NCBI GenBank assembly: GCA_045661245.1
Contig: JAZRFH010000015.1
Coordinates: forward strand, 1,833 to 65,832
Source of the DNA: Eubacteriales bacterium
GTDB taxonomy: Bacteria; Bacillota; Clostridia; Oscillospirales; CAG-272
Direction of reading: 5' to 3'
DNA: 64,000 bases
Shown in pieces: positions 8,879 to 18,058 of this stretch. The position numbers and the translations under genes are program-made. Positions within the stretch are counted from its first letter, which is position 1. Each line of letters opens with the position of its first letter. The notes beneath the pieces are model-generated. The model was not told the DNA's origin and did not search any database. It saw only the letters and a program-made list of their open reading frames with translations.

Positions 8879-11374
8879 ATGAAATTAAAAGAAAGGTCGG
8901 CATTCTCCCGCATAAAAGATTCAAGACGGGAGAGGGAGCTCGACCAAACAGTTATAAACGATATAACCGAATATACAGAGACGTTACCCGAGGGCCTTTC
9001 GAGCGAAGAGGTTGATTTGTGCATAGCCAGGGGCGAGGTAAACGTAGAGCGCGTAAGCAGCGGCAAGAGCTATTTCAAGATTATTGCCGACAACCTTTTT
9101 ACGCCCTTTAACCTTATATGGGCTATTGTTGCGTGTTTTCTTATCGCATTTGAGAGCTATAACAGCCTTACGTTTCTTGCGGTTGTAGCACCAAACACAC
9201 TTATTGCAATATTCCAGCAGATGCGCGCAAAAAGAACGGTGGCAAGGTTATCTGTTACAACCGACCCGAAGGCTACCGTTGTAAGGGACGGGGCACTTTG
9301 GGACATTGATGCGAGCGAGCTTGTGCTGGGTGACGTGGTTAAGCTTGAAATCGGGCGCCAGGTTTTATCCGACGGAATTGTTATATCCGGCGTCTGCGAG
9401 GCTAACGAGAGTATGCTTACAGGTGAGAGTGTACCTATTAAAAAGCAGACCGGCGACCGTGTTTTTGCGGGTAGCTTTATAGTCAGCGGTTCAGCATACG
9501 TAAAGCTTGATAAGGTTGGCTCTGACAATTACGTTCAAACCCTTGAGCGCGCGGCTAAAAAATTTAAGGCAATGACCTCGAACCTTTTCCGCGACCTTAA
9601 CAGACTTACTAAAACGATAGGCGGATTTATAATTCCCATGGCTGTAGCTATGGCGGTATGTAATTACCTTGTTTACAGAAGCGAGTTTGCAGGATTTGAG
9701 CTTGCTAAAACGGTTGTTGAGAAAACCTGCGGCTCAATAGTAGGCATGGTGCCTGCGGGCATATATCTGCTCGTAACACTTACGCTTTCACTCAGCGTTA
9801 TGTCACTTGCCAAGAAAAAAACACTTGTGCAGGATATGTATTCCATAGAGATGCTCGCATCTGCAGACGTTCTGTGTCTTGATAAAACGGGTACGATAAC
9901 AGACGGTACGATGGCCGTTGTTGAAACCGAGATTTTAGACGGTACAGAGCGCGAGGAGCTTGTTAATATTGTTGCTCACATGCAGGGTACGGACAATGCC
10001 TTTAACGCCACCGGCAGGGCATTGATAGCCGAGTTTGGTAAGATTATAGGTACGGTTAACGATTCTGTTCCTTTCTCCTCGGAGCGTAAGTATGCCGCGG
10101 CTGATATTGCCGAGGTCGGAATTTATGCAATAGGTGCTCCGGGATTTGTACCGTGCCCCGTCAGCCGAGAGCTTGAAAAGAAAATAACAGTACACGCCGA
10201 GCGCGGTGAGAGAGTTTTGCTCCTTGCAAGGCTTAGCAAGCTCGTCGATAAAAAAGGTGTGCCGGTAGCGCTTATAGCCATAGCCGACAGAATACGCCCG
10301 AACGCAGCAGAAACTATAGCTAAATTCCAGGAGCAGGGTGTTACTGTTAAGGTAATTTCAGGTGACCACGCGGCTACAGTTTCAACTATTGCGGCTAAGG
10401 TTGGAGTTATCGGTGCTGAAAAGTATATTTCCTGTGAGTATCTTACAAACGAGGAGCTCGTTTCCGTTGCCGAGGAGTTTACTGTTTTCGGCAGAGTAAC
10501 ACCGGAGCAAAAGGTGCTCTTGATAAAAACACTTAAGCAAAAGGGTCATACTGTTGCTATGACGGGTGACGGAGTTAACGATACTTTGGCACTTAAGGAA
10601 GCAAACTGCGCTATCGCAATGGCAGACGGCAGTGAGGTTGCAAGAAAAATTTCGCAGATAGTTCTTATGAACTCGGACTTTGGCACCTTGCCCGACGTTG
10701 TGCGTGAGGGTAGACGCTGCATCAATAACGTACGCCAGTCCTCGACGCTCTTTCTTATGAAAACGATATTTACGATATTCATTTCTCTGTTTTCGATACT
10801 TACCGCTACGGGCTACCCGTTCGCACCCAACAATTTCTTCTTCCTTGAACTCTTTATTATCGGCGCGGCATCGTTTCTTCTGGCTCTTGAGCCAAATGAT
10901 AAGCGAATAGAGGGCTCGTATCTTGACACTGTAATAATAAAGAGCTTCCCGTGTGCGGTGGCTCTGTTTGTACCAACGCTTGTGATACTTATTGTCGGAA
11001 CCTACAGCTCGCTTGTAAATTATGATGTAAGAAACGCAGTTGCTATGTGCGTTGTTATTCTTGTAGGATACCTTAATCTTGTAAACATCTGCCGCCCGTA
11101 TACAAAATGGCGCTTTGCCGTAGTGGTGACGGTAGGTGTGCTGCTTGCGGCCGGCATTACCATAAGCTCGGTGGCTGAGAGCATGCTTGCAGAACAGGGC
11201 ATATTCGGATTTTCACACGCGATAGATAATCCCATATTCTTCATCTGGATGATGCTGCTTGCGGCGGCGATTGCCATACTTATGAACTTCTTCCGCCGTT
11301 ATCTTGAGCTTGCCGCGGAAGCATTCAGTAAAAAGAGAAAAATCATTAAAGATGCTGGCGAGGTTGACGAATAA
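8879..11374 (+). CDS. Cation-translocating P-type ATPase (E1-E2 family)
   Basis: 831 aa. Actuator TGES (MLTGESVPIKK), phosphorylation site DKTGTIT, hinge TGDGVNDTLALKEAN, multiple TM helices at both ends. Confidence 0.9.
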   Translation: MKLKERSAFSRIKDSRRERELDQTVINDITEYTETLPEGLSSEEVDLCIARGEVNVERVSSGKSYFKIIADNLFTPFNLIWAIVACFLIAFESYNSLTFLAVVAPNTLIAIFQQMRAKRTVARLSVTTDPKATVVRDGALWDIDASELVLGDVVKLEIGRQVLSDGIVISGVCEANESMLTGESVPIKKQTGDRVFAGSFIVSGSAYVKLDKVGSDNYVQTLERAAKKFKAMTSNLFRDLNRLTKTIGGFIIPMAVAMAVCNYLVYRSEFAGFELAKTVVEKTCGSIVGMVPAGIYLLVTLTLSLSVMSLAKKKTLVQDMYSIEMLASADVLCLDKTGTITDGTMAVVETEILDGTEREELVNIVAHMQGTDNAFNATGRALIAEFGKIIGTVNDSVPFSSERKYAAADIAEVGIYAIGAPGFVPCPVSRELEKKITVHAERGERVLLLARLSKLVDKKGVPVALIAIADRIRPNAAETIAKFQEQGVTVKVISGDHAATVSTIAAKVGVIGAEKYISCEYLTNEELVSVAEEFTVFGRVTPEQKVLLIKTLKQKGHTVAMTGDGVNDTLALKEANCAIAMADGSEVARKISQIVLMNSDFGTLPDVVREGRRCINNVRQSSTLFLMKTIFTIFISLFSILTATGYPFAPNNFFFLELFIIGAASFLLALEPNDKRIEGSYLDTVIIKSFPCAVALFVPTLVILIVGTYSSLVNYDVRNAVAMCVVILVGYLNLVNICRPYTKWRFAVVVTVGVLLAAGITISSVAESMLAEQGIFGFSHAIDNPIFFIWMMLLAAAIAILMNFFRRYLELAAEAFSKKRKIIKDAGEVDE

Positions 11375-11897
11375 TTTGGACAGTAAGCAAAAACAACCCA
11401 CACCTCGATATATCACTGCGGTTTATGCACGCCCAAGGCTTGCGTATGCACTCGGCTTGCTCTCAAATGTGCTTGTTATATTTTCGGTACTTGGTTTTTT
11501 AGGCGCTGTAGTGTATCTTGCACTTAAGAGTGCTCTTGGCGCAGTAATGTTTGCGGTGCTTTGTGCAGTTCCTTTTTTAGCGGTAACGCTTCTGCGCGTG
11601 TGGATAAATGCAGATAGGCCTTACGAGGTGTATGATTTTGAAAATATTAAATTGCCGAATCAAAAAAGAGGTCGCTCAATGCCAAGCAGGCATGTGTTTT
11701 CCGCTTTTGTAATAGGCACGATGGGGTGCTTTGTGCATCTGCCGCTCGGTATTGCCGTTCTTTCTTTCGGTGTATGCATATCTGCTTTAAGAATATTGCT
11801 TGGTATTCATTTTCTGCGCGACGTCACCGTAGGTGCCTTGATAGGCATTGTGTCGGGATTGTTTGGCGGCATAGCTATAAATTATTTTCTAGGTTAA
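11352..11897 (+). CDS. PAP2-family phosphatase (phosphatidic acid / undecaprenyl-PP phosphatase type)
   Basis: PAP2 motifs RP(YEV), PSRH, and GIHFLRDVTVGA (SRxxxxxHxxxD-like), plus TM helices. Start placed at ATG 11352. The track start at 11304 would overlap the ATPase by 71 nt. Confidence 0.75.
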   Translation: MLARLTNNLDSKQKQPTPRYITAVYARPRLAYALGLLSNVLVIFSVLGFLGAVVYLALKSALGAVMFAVLCAVPFLAVTLLRVWINADRPYEVYDFENIKLPNQKRGRSMPSRHVFSAFVIGTMGCFVHLPLGIAVLSFGVCISALRILLGIHFLRDVTVGALIGIVSGLFGGIAINYFLG

Positions 11898-11907
11898 GGA
11901 GATTATT

Positions 11908-12561
11908 ATGAAGGTTACGTGGCTTGGCGAGAACGGACTGATTTTTGAAAACGACAATATAACTGTATTCGTTGACCCGGTTCTTTTTGGAACTGATGCC
12001 GATAAGCCTATTTTAAAAATGAAGCCGGACGTTATCGTGCTGACCCATAAGCACGAATGTCATTTTGAGCGTTCAACTCTTTTGAACTTTCTTGGATACC
12101 GTAACGGTGTAACAGTTCTTGCAAGCGAGGGTGCTTATTCTGCGGTTGTGCCTCTTTGTAAGGGCGATAATCCTGTTTTGCTCTCGCCTCATTCTGTTTA
12201 CAGTGTAAACGGAGTTACCTTTTATTCGGTAAAAGCAGAGCATACAGACCGCACGGCTATCGGTGTGATAATCGACGACGGAGAGAAAACTTATTACGTA
12301 TCGGGTGATACTCTTTACAACTTTGACGTTATTGACGACGTGCTTGACCTGGCACCCGACGGTGTTGATTTTGCTTTCTTGCCAATAAACGGCACTGACG
12401 GTAATATGAACGCTAAGGACGCTGCTGACTTTGCATACGAGATAAGCGCAGGCAAAGCGATACCGGTGCATTTCAGACCGCGTTACGACATCGACCCGAA
12501 TGAATTTGACTTTGAGGATGCGCTTATCCTTAAGCCGTATACCCCGACAGAGCTTATATAA
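11908..12561 (+). CDS. MBL-fold metallo-hydrolase
   Basis: 217 aa. Variant HxHxDH motif (LTHKHECHF). SGDT and PVHF segments typical of small beta-lactamase-fold hydrolases. AAGGAG RBS. Confidence 0.65.
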   Translation: MKVTWLGENGLIFENDNITVFVDPVLFGTDADKPILKMKPDVIVLTHKHECHFERSTLLNFLGYRNGVTVLASEGAYSAVVPLCKGDNPVLLSPHSVYSVNGVTFYSVKAEHTDRTAIGVIIDDGEKTYYVSGDTLYNFDVIDDVLDLAPDGVDFAFLPINGTDGNMNAKDAADFAYEISAGKAIPVHFRPRYDIDPNEFDFEDALILKPYTPTELI

Positions 12562-12596
12562 TTTAATTTTGTAAACTACAGAGAGGAGAGAACACA

Positions 12597-13925
12597 ATGA
12601 AAAAGCATCATAAGCTTATAGATGCATGTCATATACCGGTACTTGTATTTTGTATAAACAGCTTTCTTCTGATTTATGATAACCCGTGGTGGATTCTGCC
12701 TGTATTTCTCCTTTTTGTTATATCCAACGCGATTATGGGCTTTTTTAGGTCGGACGTTAAGAGCGACAGACTCTTGTTCTCCTACCACGGCTGTGTAGTG
12801 CTTTGCGTAACTGCCGCAACGGTGCCGTTTACGGCTATGTACTATACCGTTCTTCTGTACAGATTCTTACCCGATAATTATTGGCCGCTTATTTTCAGCT
12901 TGATTTATATGGTGTGCATATATACTGTGCTTATTGCTAACGGTATCATTTCAATTTATCTGACGTCGGGTCAGCTTGGCGTAAAGTGGCGCGCCATAGC
13001 GATAGTCTTTTCAATTATACCGCCTATAAATCTATTCGTGCTTGGGCACATGGTGCTTAAGGTTTTGCGCGAGGTAGATTTTGAAACCATGCGTCACAAC
13101 AGAAACAAGGCAAGGCGTAACGATAAGGTTTGTGCTACGAAATATCCGATAGTGCTTATCCACGGCATATTTATGCGAGATTGGGGTCTGTTTAATTATT
13201 GGGGCAGAATTCCCGAGGAGCTCGAAACCAACGGTGCGCGCATTTATTACGGTGAGCATCAGTCGGCACTGCCTGTAGCGGAGAGCGCAAAGGAGCTCGC
13301 GGCAAGGATTAAGCGTATAGTTGCAAAAACGGATTGCGGTAAGGTAAATATAATTGCCCACTCAAAGGGCGGTCTTGACTGCCGTTATGCAATAGAGCAT
13401 TACGGGATAGGTGACCTTGTAGCATCCCTTACAACAGTGAATTCACCGCACAGGGGATGTTTATTTGCTGAAAAGCTGCTTAAGATAGTTCCTAAGTGGA
13501 TTGCAAACAGAGTAGCTGACTCGTATAACAAATCAATGCGTTTTTTGGGTGATAAAACACCCGATTTTATGGCAGGCGTGCGCGACCTTACGGCTACGGC
13601 CTGCGAGCGCAGAGATAGGGAGCTTGGTATACCCGAGGGTATATTCTGCCAGAGCATAGGCTCAAGGCAAAACGGTGCGTTTGGCGGCAGATTTCCTATG
13701 AACGTATCCGAGCCGTACGTTAAAAAGCATGACGGACCCAATGACGGTCTTGTCGGCCTTTCCTCATTCTCATTCGGTGAGCAGTATACTTTGCTTGAGA
13801 TTGACGGCAGGCGCGGTATTACGCATATGGATATGATAGATATGAATCGCGAGGATATTGACGGCTTTGACGTACGTGAGTTTTACGTCGACCTTGTTCG
13901 TGACCTAAAAACACGGGGATTGTAA
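12597..13925 (+). CDS. Membrane-anchored lipase/esterase (alpha/beta hydrolase)
   Basis: N-terminal ~165 aa with several TM helices, followed by a lipase domain: PIVLIHGI (oxyanion region) and nucleophile elbow AHSKGG. Confidence 0.75.
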   Translation: MKKHHKLIDACHIPVLVFCINSFLLIYDNPWWILPVFLLFVISNAIMGFFRSDVKSDRLLFSYHGCVVLCVTAATVPFTAMYYTVLLYRFLPDNYWPLIFSLIYMVCIYTVLIANGIISIYLTSGQLGVKWRAIAIVFSIIPPINLFVLGHMVLKVLREVDFETMRHNRNKARRNDKVCATKYPIVLIHGIFMRDWGLFNYWGRIPEELETNGARIYYGEHQSALPVAESAKELAARIKRIVAKTDCGKVNIIAHSKGGLDCRYAIEHYGIGDLVASLTTVNSPHRGCLFAEKLLKIVPKWIANRVADSYNKSMRFLGDKTPDFMAGVRDLTATACERRDRELGIPEGIFCQSIGSRQNGAFGGRFPMNVSEPYVKKHDGPNDGLVGLSSFSFGEQYTLLEIDGRRGITHMDMIDMNREDIDGFDVREFYVDLVRDLKTRGL

Positions 13926-13980
13926 TTAAATATAGCTGTTAAAATCGGTAAAATTCGCAACATGCAACATAAAAATAAAA

Positions 13981-14015
13981 ACGGACTGAACCATATAACC
14001 GGGCAGTCCGTTTTG
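13981..14015. terminator. Bidirectional intrinsic terminator (lipase / AraC convergent pair)
   Basis: ACGGACTG (13981-13988) pairs with CAGTCCGT (14004-14011). TTTT follows on the plus strand and TTTTTATTTTT on the minus strand. Confidence 0.7.
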
Positions 14016-14030
14016 TCTACATATTTAGTT

Positions 14031-14888
14031 TCAAATATCTCCGCCACGCTTTCTGTACTTTGCGGGAGTACAACCAAACTCGCGCTTGAAGGTTAGATAA
14101 AAATAGTTCTCTGAACGGAAATTGCAGTATCTAGCTATCTCACTTATAGATTTATCCGTTTCCAAGAGATACTGCTTAGCTATAGTCAATCTCTTTTCAA
14201 TGACAAGGTCAGAGAGAGATTTGCCGAAATACTTATGTATAATTCGCGAGGTTTGCTTTGTGCTTAAGTGCAGCAGCTTTGCCACCTCGCTGAGATTAAG
14301 GTCATAGCCCGGCTTGGCGCTGTAGTCGTTTATTGCGCGCTCTATCGTCATAAGATAGCTTGATTTCAGACTATAATCACTGGGTTTTAATTCAGTACTG
14401 TCAAGATACAGTATGTAGAAAATCATCTGCAGGGTTGAAATTGCCGCTTCGTTGGTAAAATCAATGGGCGAGCAGATAAGCTTACCAAGAATTTCCAGTA
14501 GATAGTCAAGCTTTGCCTCGGTGGTAAACGTATATATATCGTCATAGGAAAAAAGTTTTTTTATAAAGGTTGCAAAGCCTGTCTTGCCGGCTGCTTTAAC
14601 ATCGTAAGAAATAAGTAATCTGTTATTTTTGTTCTGCGATGCACGGTGCATTAAAAAAGGTGGAATTAAAACTATGCAGTTGTTATATTCAAAAACCCCG
14701 TTTTCGGTGAAGATTTTGATGGGATCCTCGCCGACAAAAAACAACTCGTGCTTTGCGTGATAGTGCAAGATGGGATATGGGGCATTGATACCCGAAGGTA
14801 TAGAGTTTGTAGAAAAACGTGCACTTACGTCTATGTTGAATTTAACGTTTCCGTATTTAAAGCTGTAGTTAATATTTTCTTTATTCAC
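14031..14888 (-). CDS. AraC-family transcriptional regulator
   Basis: 285 aa. N-terminal cupin-like sensor, C-terminal double HTH (SEVAKLLHLSTKQTSRIIHKYFG .. ISEIARYCNFRSENYFYLTFKREFGCTPAKYR). GTG start with GGAGG 7 nt upstream. Confidence 0.88.
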   Translation of the reverse strand: MNKENINYSFKYGNVKFNIDVSARFSTNSIPSGINAPYPILHYHAKHELFFVGEDPIKIFTENGVFEYNNCIVLIPPFLMHRASQNKNNRLLISYDVKAAGKTGFATFIKKLFSYDDIYTFTTEAKLDYLLEILGKLICSPIDFTNEAAISTLQMIFYILYLDSTELKPSDYSLKSSYLMTIERAINDYSAKPGYDLNLSEVAKLLHLSTKQTSRIIHKYFGKSLSDLVIEKRLTIAKQYLLETDKSISEIARYCNFRSENYFYLTFKREFGCTPAKYRKRGGDI

Positions 14889-15146
14889 GGCGCACCCTCC
14901 ATTTTTCTACATTATAGAATAACACCAATTAAAAGTCAATAACCTAAAAATGGCACATATGCACAAAACGCCCGTTTTCTGTAATAATAGGACATTTCTC
15001 TATAAAAATGTGTCTAAAAATACTTGCTCAGAGGAGCTAAAGGTTATAAAATACGGGTAGCAAATTTAATTGTAGCGCAAAAATGATATATTCTAATACG
15101 AGGGACCTGTACCCTCAATATACTTAAGATTTAATAGTAGGATAAA

Positions 15147-15900
15147 ATGAGCAACTACACACTTGCAATTAAAAACTCCGAGGCTGTCCTTGAGGACAGA
15201 ATACTTTCTGACGCGGTAATTCTTATAGAAGGCGACAAAATAGCAAAGGTCGCTAAGAATGCTGAGATTCCCGATGGCACACCTACAATAGATGCGGGCG
15301 GTAAATACGTTGCCGGGAATTTATAGACCTTTACGTCCACGAAGGAGATAGCAAGAGCACGATTTCTGACCTTACCGGGGCAGCGGAGTTTTTCTTAAAG
15401 CGTGGAACAACGTCAATGCTTGCAACACCCTGGTATACTCTTAATTTCGATACTACCATGGCGGCTCTTAAGCATATCAGGGAAAATATTAAAAACGCCC
15501 CCAACGTAAAGGGTATTTATATGGAAGGCTCGTACACCAATCCCAATCCCGAAAAATACGCGCATATTACCGACATAAACTTCATCCCATTCGGTGAGGT
15601 TGCCGGCAGTAAGCTTACTATGGATATGGCGGTTAAGAACGTTATGAAGCATACGGGCGCTGGCAGGCACGGTGCTTACCGTTTACGGTAAGGTTGCTTA
15701 TATTGACGTTGATAATATAGCTATTTTCCGCAAGAGCATACAGGTTCCATCAAACCGTCCGAATCCGTAGGATATGCCCAGGGCAAAGGAATATAAACGA
15801 CTCCACGACAGCAGCAGAGATGACCTTATTCCCTATACAGCGATGGAGCTTACCACCGCGGTAGCAGAGGCGGCGCGCATGCGCTGCTTGACGATATGAA
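15147..15900 (+). pseudogene. nagA: Decayed N-acetylglucosamine-6-phosphate deacetylase (NagA-like amidohydrolase) remnant
   Basis: Fragment 1 (15147-15326): MSNYTLAIKNSEAVLEDRIL..IDAGGKYVAGNL*. A frameshift leads to fragment 2 (15317-15691): EFIDLYVHEGD..GIYMEGSYTNPNPEKYAH..EVAGSKLTMDMAVKNV. This preserves NagA landmarks, but the first HxH histidine is Tyr and roughly 170 aa of the central barrel are missing. More frame changes follow after 15691. Confidence 0.7.
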
Positions 15901-15928
15901 GAAGTAAGATGCTTTAACCAATATAAAA

Positions 15929-15961
15929 AGAGGTGATGTGTTTTGTTTGCACGTCACCTCT
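15929..15961 (-). terminator. Intrinsic terminator of the flippase-like/GT8 operon
   Basis: AGAGGTGA (15929-15936) pairs with TCACCTCT (15954-15961). On the minus strand the hairpin is followed by TTTTTATAT. Confidence 0.7.
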
Positions 15962-15976
15962 GTTTTGTTATTGATT

Positions 15977-16819
15977 TTAAATTTTGATAAGCTCTTTGTT
16001 TGCGGTCTCTTCTATTATCTTGTCATACAGAGCATAAACCTCGTCAAACTCAAAGATTTTAAGCTTCTCATGGACCTCTTTTCTATGCCACTGCTTCCAG
16101 TTGTAAGAGGGGAAGAGAGGGAAATTCATAGGGAAGCCCTTGCAGAAATGCTTGAATACCGTGTCGGGCTTCATATTTCTCTGCTCGTTAAAGCGGTAGG
16201 GCACAAGCAACTTTTTGGTACAGGACCTATGTATTGCCGACTGGTCGGGCATAAGCATCCATCTTTCGTTTACCATTTTACGTGCCCTTTCAAACAGACC
16301 CGTTTCTCTTATTTTAGGCATATTCAAGAGCATTGTACCCGAGTTGCAGTAGTGGCCGCGAAACCAATGCCTGCCAACTACGTCAAGTGTTGCCGCAAAT
16401 TCATATTCGGATACGTCTATGTTGAAATATTCAAGCACGTCGCCTGCACACATAATATCTGCATCAAGGTATACTATCTTCTCAGGCACGTCAAGCAAAT
16501 CAAGAAACAGACGGATTGATGCGTAAGGGGTGTAGTTGTTCTTGTTGTTTTTTCCGTCACCAAAATATTTTTTGTGCAAATCGGTAACGTCGATAATACG
16601 CACTGAGCTTTGAGGATTCTTTTCACGCAGAATTCTTTCCATAAGCTCTCTTTGCTCCTCTGAGAAGGGCAAGAACAACGGGTTCTCGTCAGATAGGTCC
16701 ATAGACAACAGAATTATATCAAGGGGAGCTTCAGTGTTTTTCATAATAGACAAAACCGATAAAAAGATACCGCCGAATATGCGTCTGTTGCCGCAATAAC
16801 AAATCGGAACTGCCGTCAT
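15977..16819 (-). CDS. Glycosyltransferase family 8
   Basis: 280 aa. GT8-type DxD (YLDADIM), NSG(T)MLLN motif, AAGGAG RBS. Confidence 0.8.
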   Translation of the reverse strand: MTAVPICYCGNRRIFGGIFLSVLSIMKNTEAPLDIILLSMDLSDENPLFLPFSEEQRELMERILREKNPQSSVRIIDVTDLHKKYFGDGKNNKNNYTPYASIRLFLDLLDVPEKIVYLDADIMCAGDVLEYFNIDVSEYEFAATLDVVGRHWFRGHYCNSGTMLLNMPKIRETGLFERARKMVNERWMLMPDQSAIHRSCTKKLLVPYRFNEQRNMKPDTVFKHFCKGFPMNFPLFPSYNWKQWHRKEVHEKLKIFEFDEVYALYDKIIEETANKELIKI

Positions 16820-16822
16820 TGT

Positions 16823-17911
16823 TTAATTCTCCTTTTCGATAGTGTTTTGTACTTGTAATGTTTTTTCTTCTCTTTGAAAAACCGCTTCAAGAGCAATGTA
16901 AAAGCCTAAGGATATCAGCATAGCGAGATAATAGGTAAGCACGCGCCATATAAGCATACCGCCCGTAGCTACCGTATCTATCGCAATTGACGGTGCATAC
17001 AGCGTTACAATGCTTGCAAATACCGATTTAAATGCGAATTCTATTCCGCCGCTTGAGCCGGGGGTTGGTAAAAATACAACCATGGTTATAGCAAACGATG
17101 TTCCCGAAATTATAAAGAACAGCTCGTCGGCAGGTATGTCTACGTACAGGGCGTGTAAAATAAAGAACGTTGTTGAGTAGTATGCTGCCATTGAGGCAAT
17201 CTTAGTGAGCAAAGCCAGCAAAAATGCACCCTTTTTCTTGATTAACGAGCGGAACGCCTCTTGAACGTTTACAAAATACTCGTTAAGATTTTCTTTCTTT
17301 GATGCTACCAGCTTGCGCGTCAGACGCCATTTTGAAAGTGTGTCAACTATCCAGGTAAAAAATGACCTTGCCGTTTTGCTTGTTGCAATGCCAAGGGTTA
17401 CTGCAAGAACAATAAAGTTCATTGTGAATCCGATAATTGCAATAGCAGTCATAGCGCCGTCGGTTACAAAGCGCTTGAAATAAATAAGCGCACACGCCGC
17501 AAAGCCGTTGGTTACAAGCATAAATACGAAAAAGTTCATAAGCAAAAGCGAGGTTGAGCTTGCTATAGTAACGCCCGCACGCTTAAATGCATAGGCCTGA
17601 AAGGGCTGGCCTCCCGTAGCAAACGGTGTTATTCCGTTAAAGAAATGCTCTGTCATTGCAATTCCGTATGTCTTGCGCATTGAAATTTTGTGTCCGTTGG
17701 CTTTGGTAAGTATACAAAGTGAGAGAGGGTAGAGTGCAAGATAAGCAACAAGCGCGCCAACTGCTGCCAGAACGTAGCGATAGTCGGCAGAGCCTATTGT
17801 GTCCATTATGTCACCGACGTCGCCAAGTGATAAAACGAGCGCAAGCACGAATACACCAAGCGCGCCGTAAAGCACGTACATACCGATTTTGCGTCTGTTC
17901 CCAAGTGTCAT
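16823..17911 (-). CDS. Flippase-like / LPG-synthase-TM (UPF0104) membrane protein
   Basis: 362 aa, ~8 TM helices. Pattern FFNGITPFATGGQPFQAY and PTPGSSGGIEFAF is typical of the lysyl-PG-synthase TM-region family. GGAGGG RBS. 3-nt gap to the GT8 gene. Confidence 0.7.
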   Translation of the reverse strand: MTLGNRRKIGMYVLYGALGVFVLALVLSLGDVGDIMDTIGSADYRYVLAAVGALVAYLALYPLSLCILTKANGHKISMRKTYGIAMTEHFFNGITPFATGGQPFQAYAFKRAGVTIASSTSLLLMNFFVFMLVTNGFAACALIYFKRFVTDGAMTAIAIIGFTMNFIVLAVTLGIATSKTARSFFTWIVDTLSKWRLTRKLVASKKENLNEYFVNVQEAFRSLIKKKGAFLLALLTKIASMAAYYSTTFFILHALYVDIPADELFFIISGTSFAITMVVFLPTPGSSGGIEFAFKSVFASIVTLYAPSIAIDTVATGGMLIWRVLTYYLAMLISLGFYIALEAVFQREEKTLQVQNTIEKEN

Positions 17912-18058
17912 ATAACTGCCCTCCGTTTACTTCATGTACTTATTTTAACACTATGTGACTAAAAAAGCAATAATTATTTGTAAATAAACAAACGTTTAGA
18001 ATACTTAAAGCGCACGTGGGTAATACTTTCACAAAAAAAGACTGTTTTGTGGGGTGTT

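Noticed and set aside
15155-15670. Minus-strand ORFs (61 aa and 85 aa) in the nagA remnant region
   Set aside because: They are antisense to recognisable NagA fragments, with no RBS and no recognisable motif.
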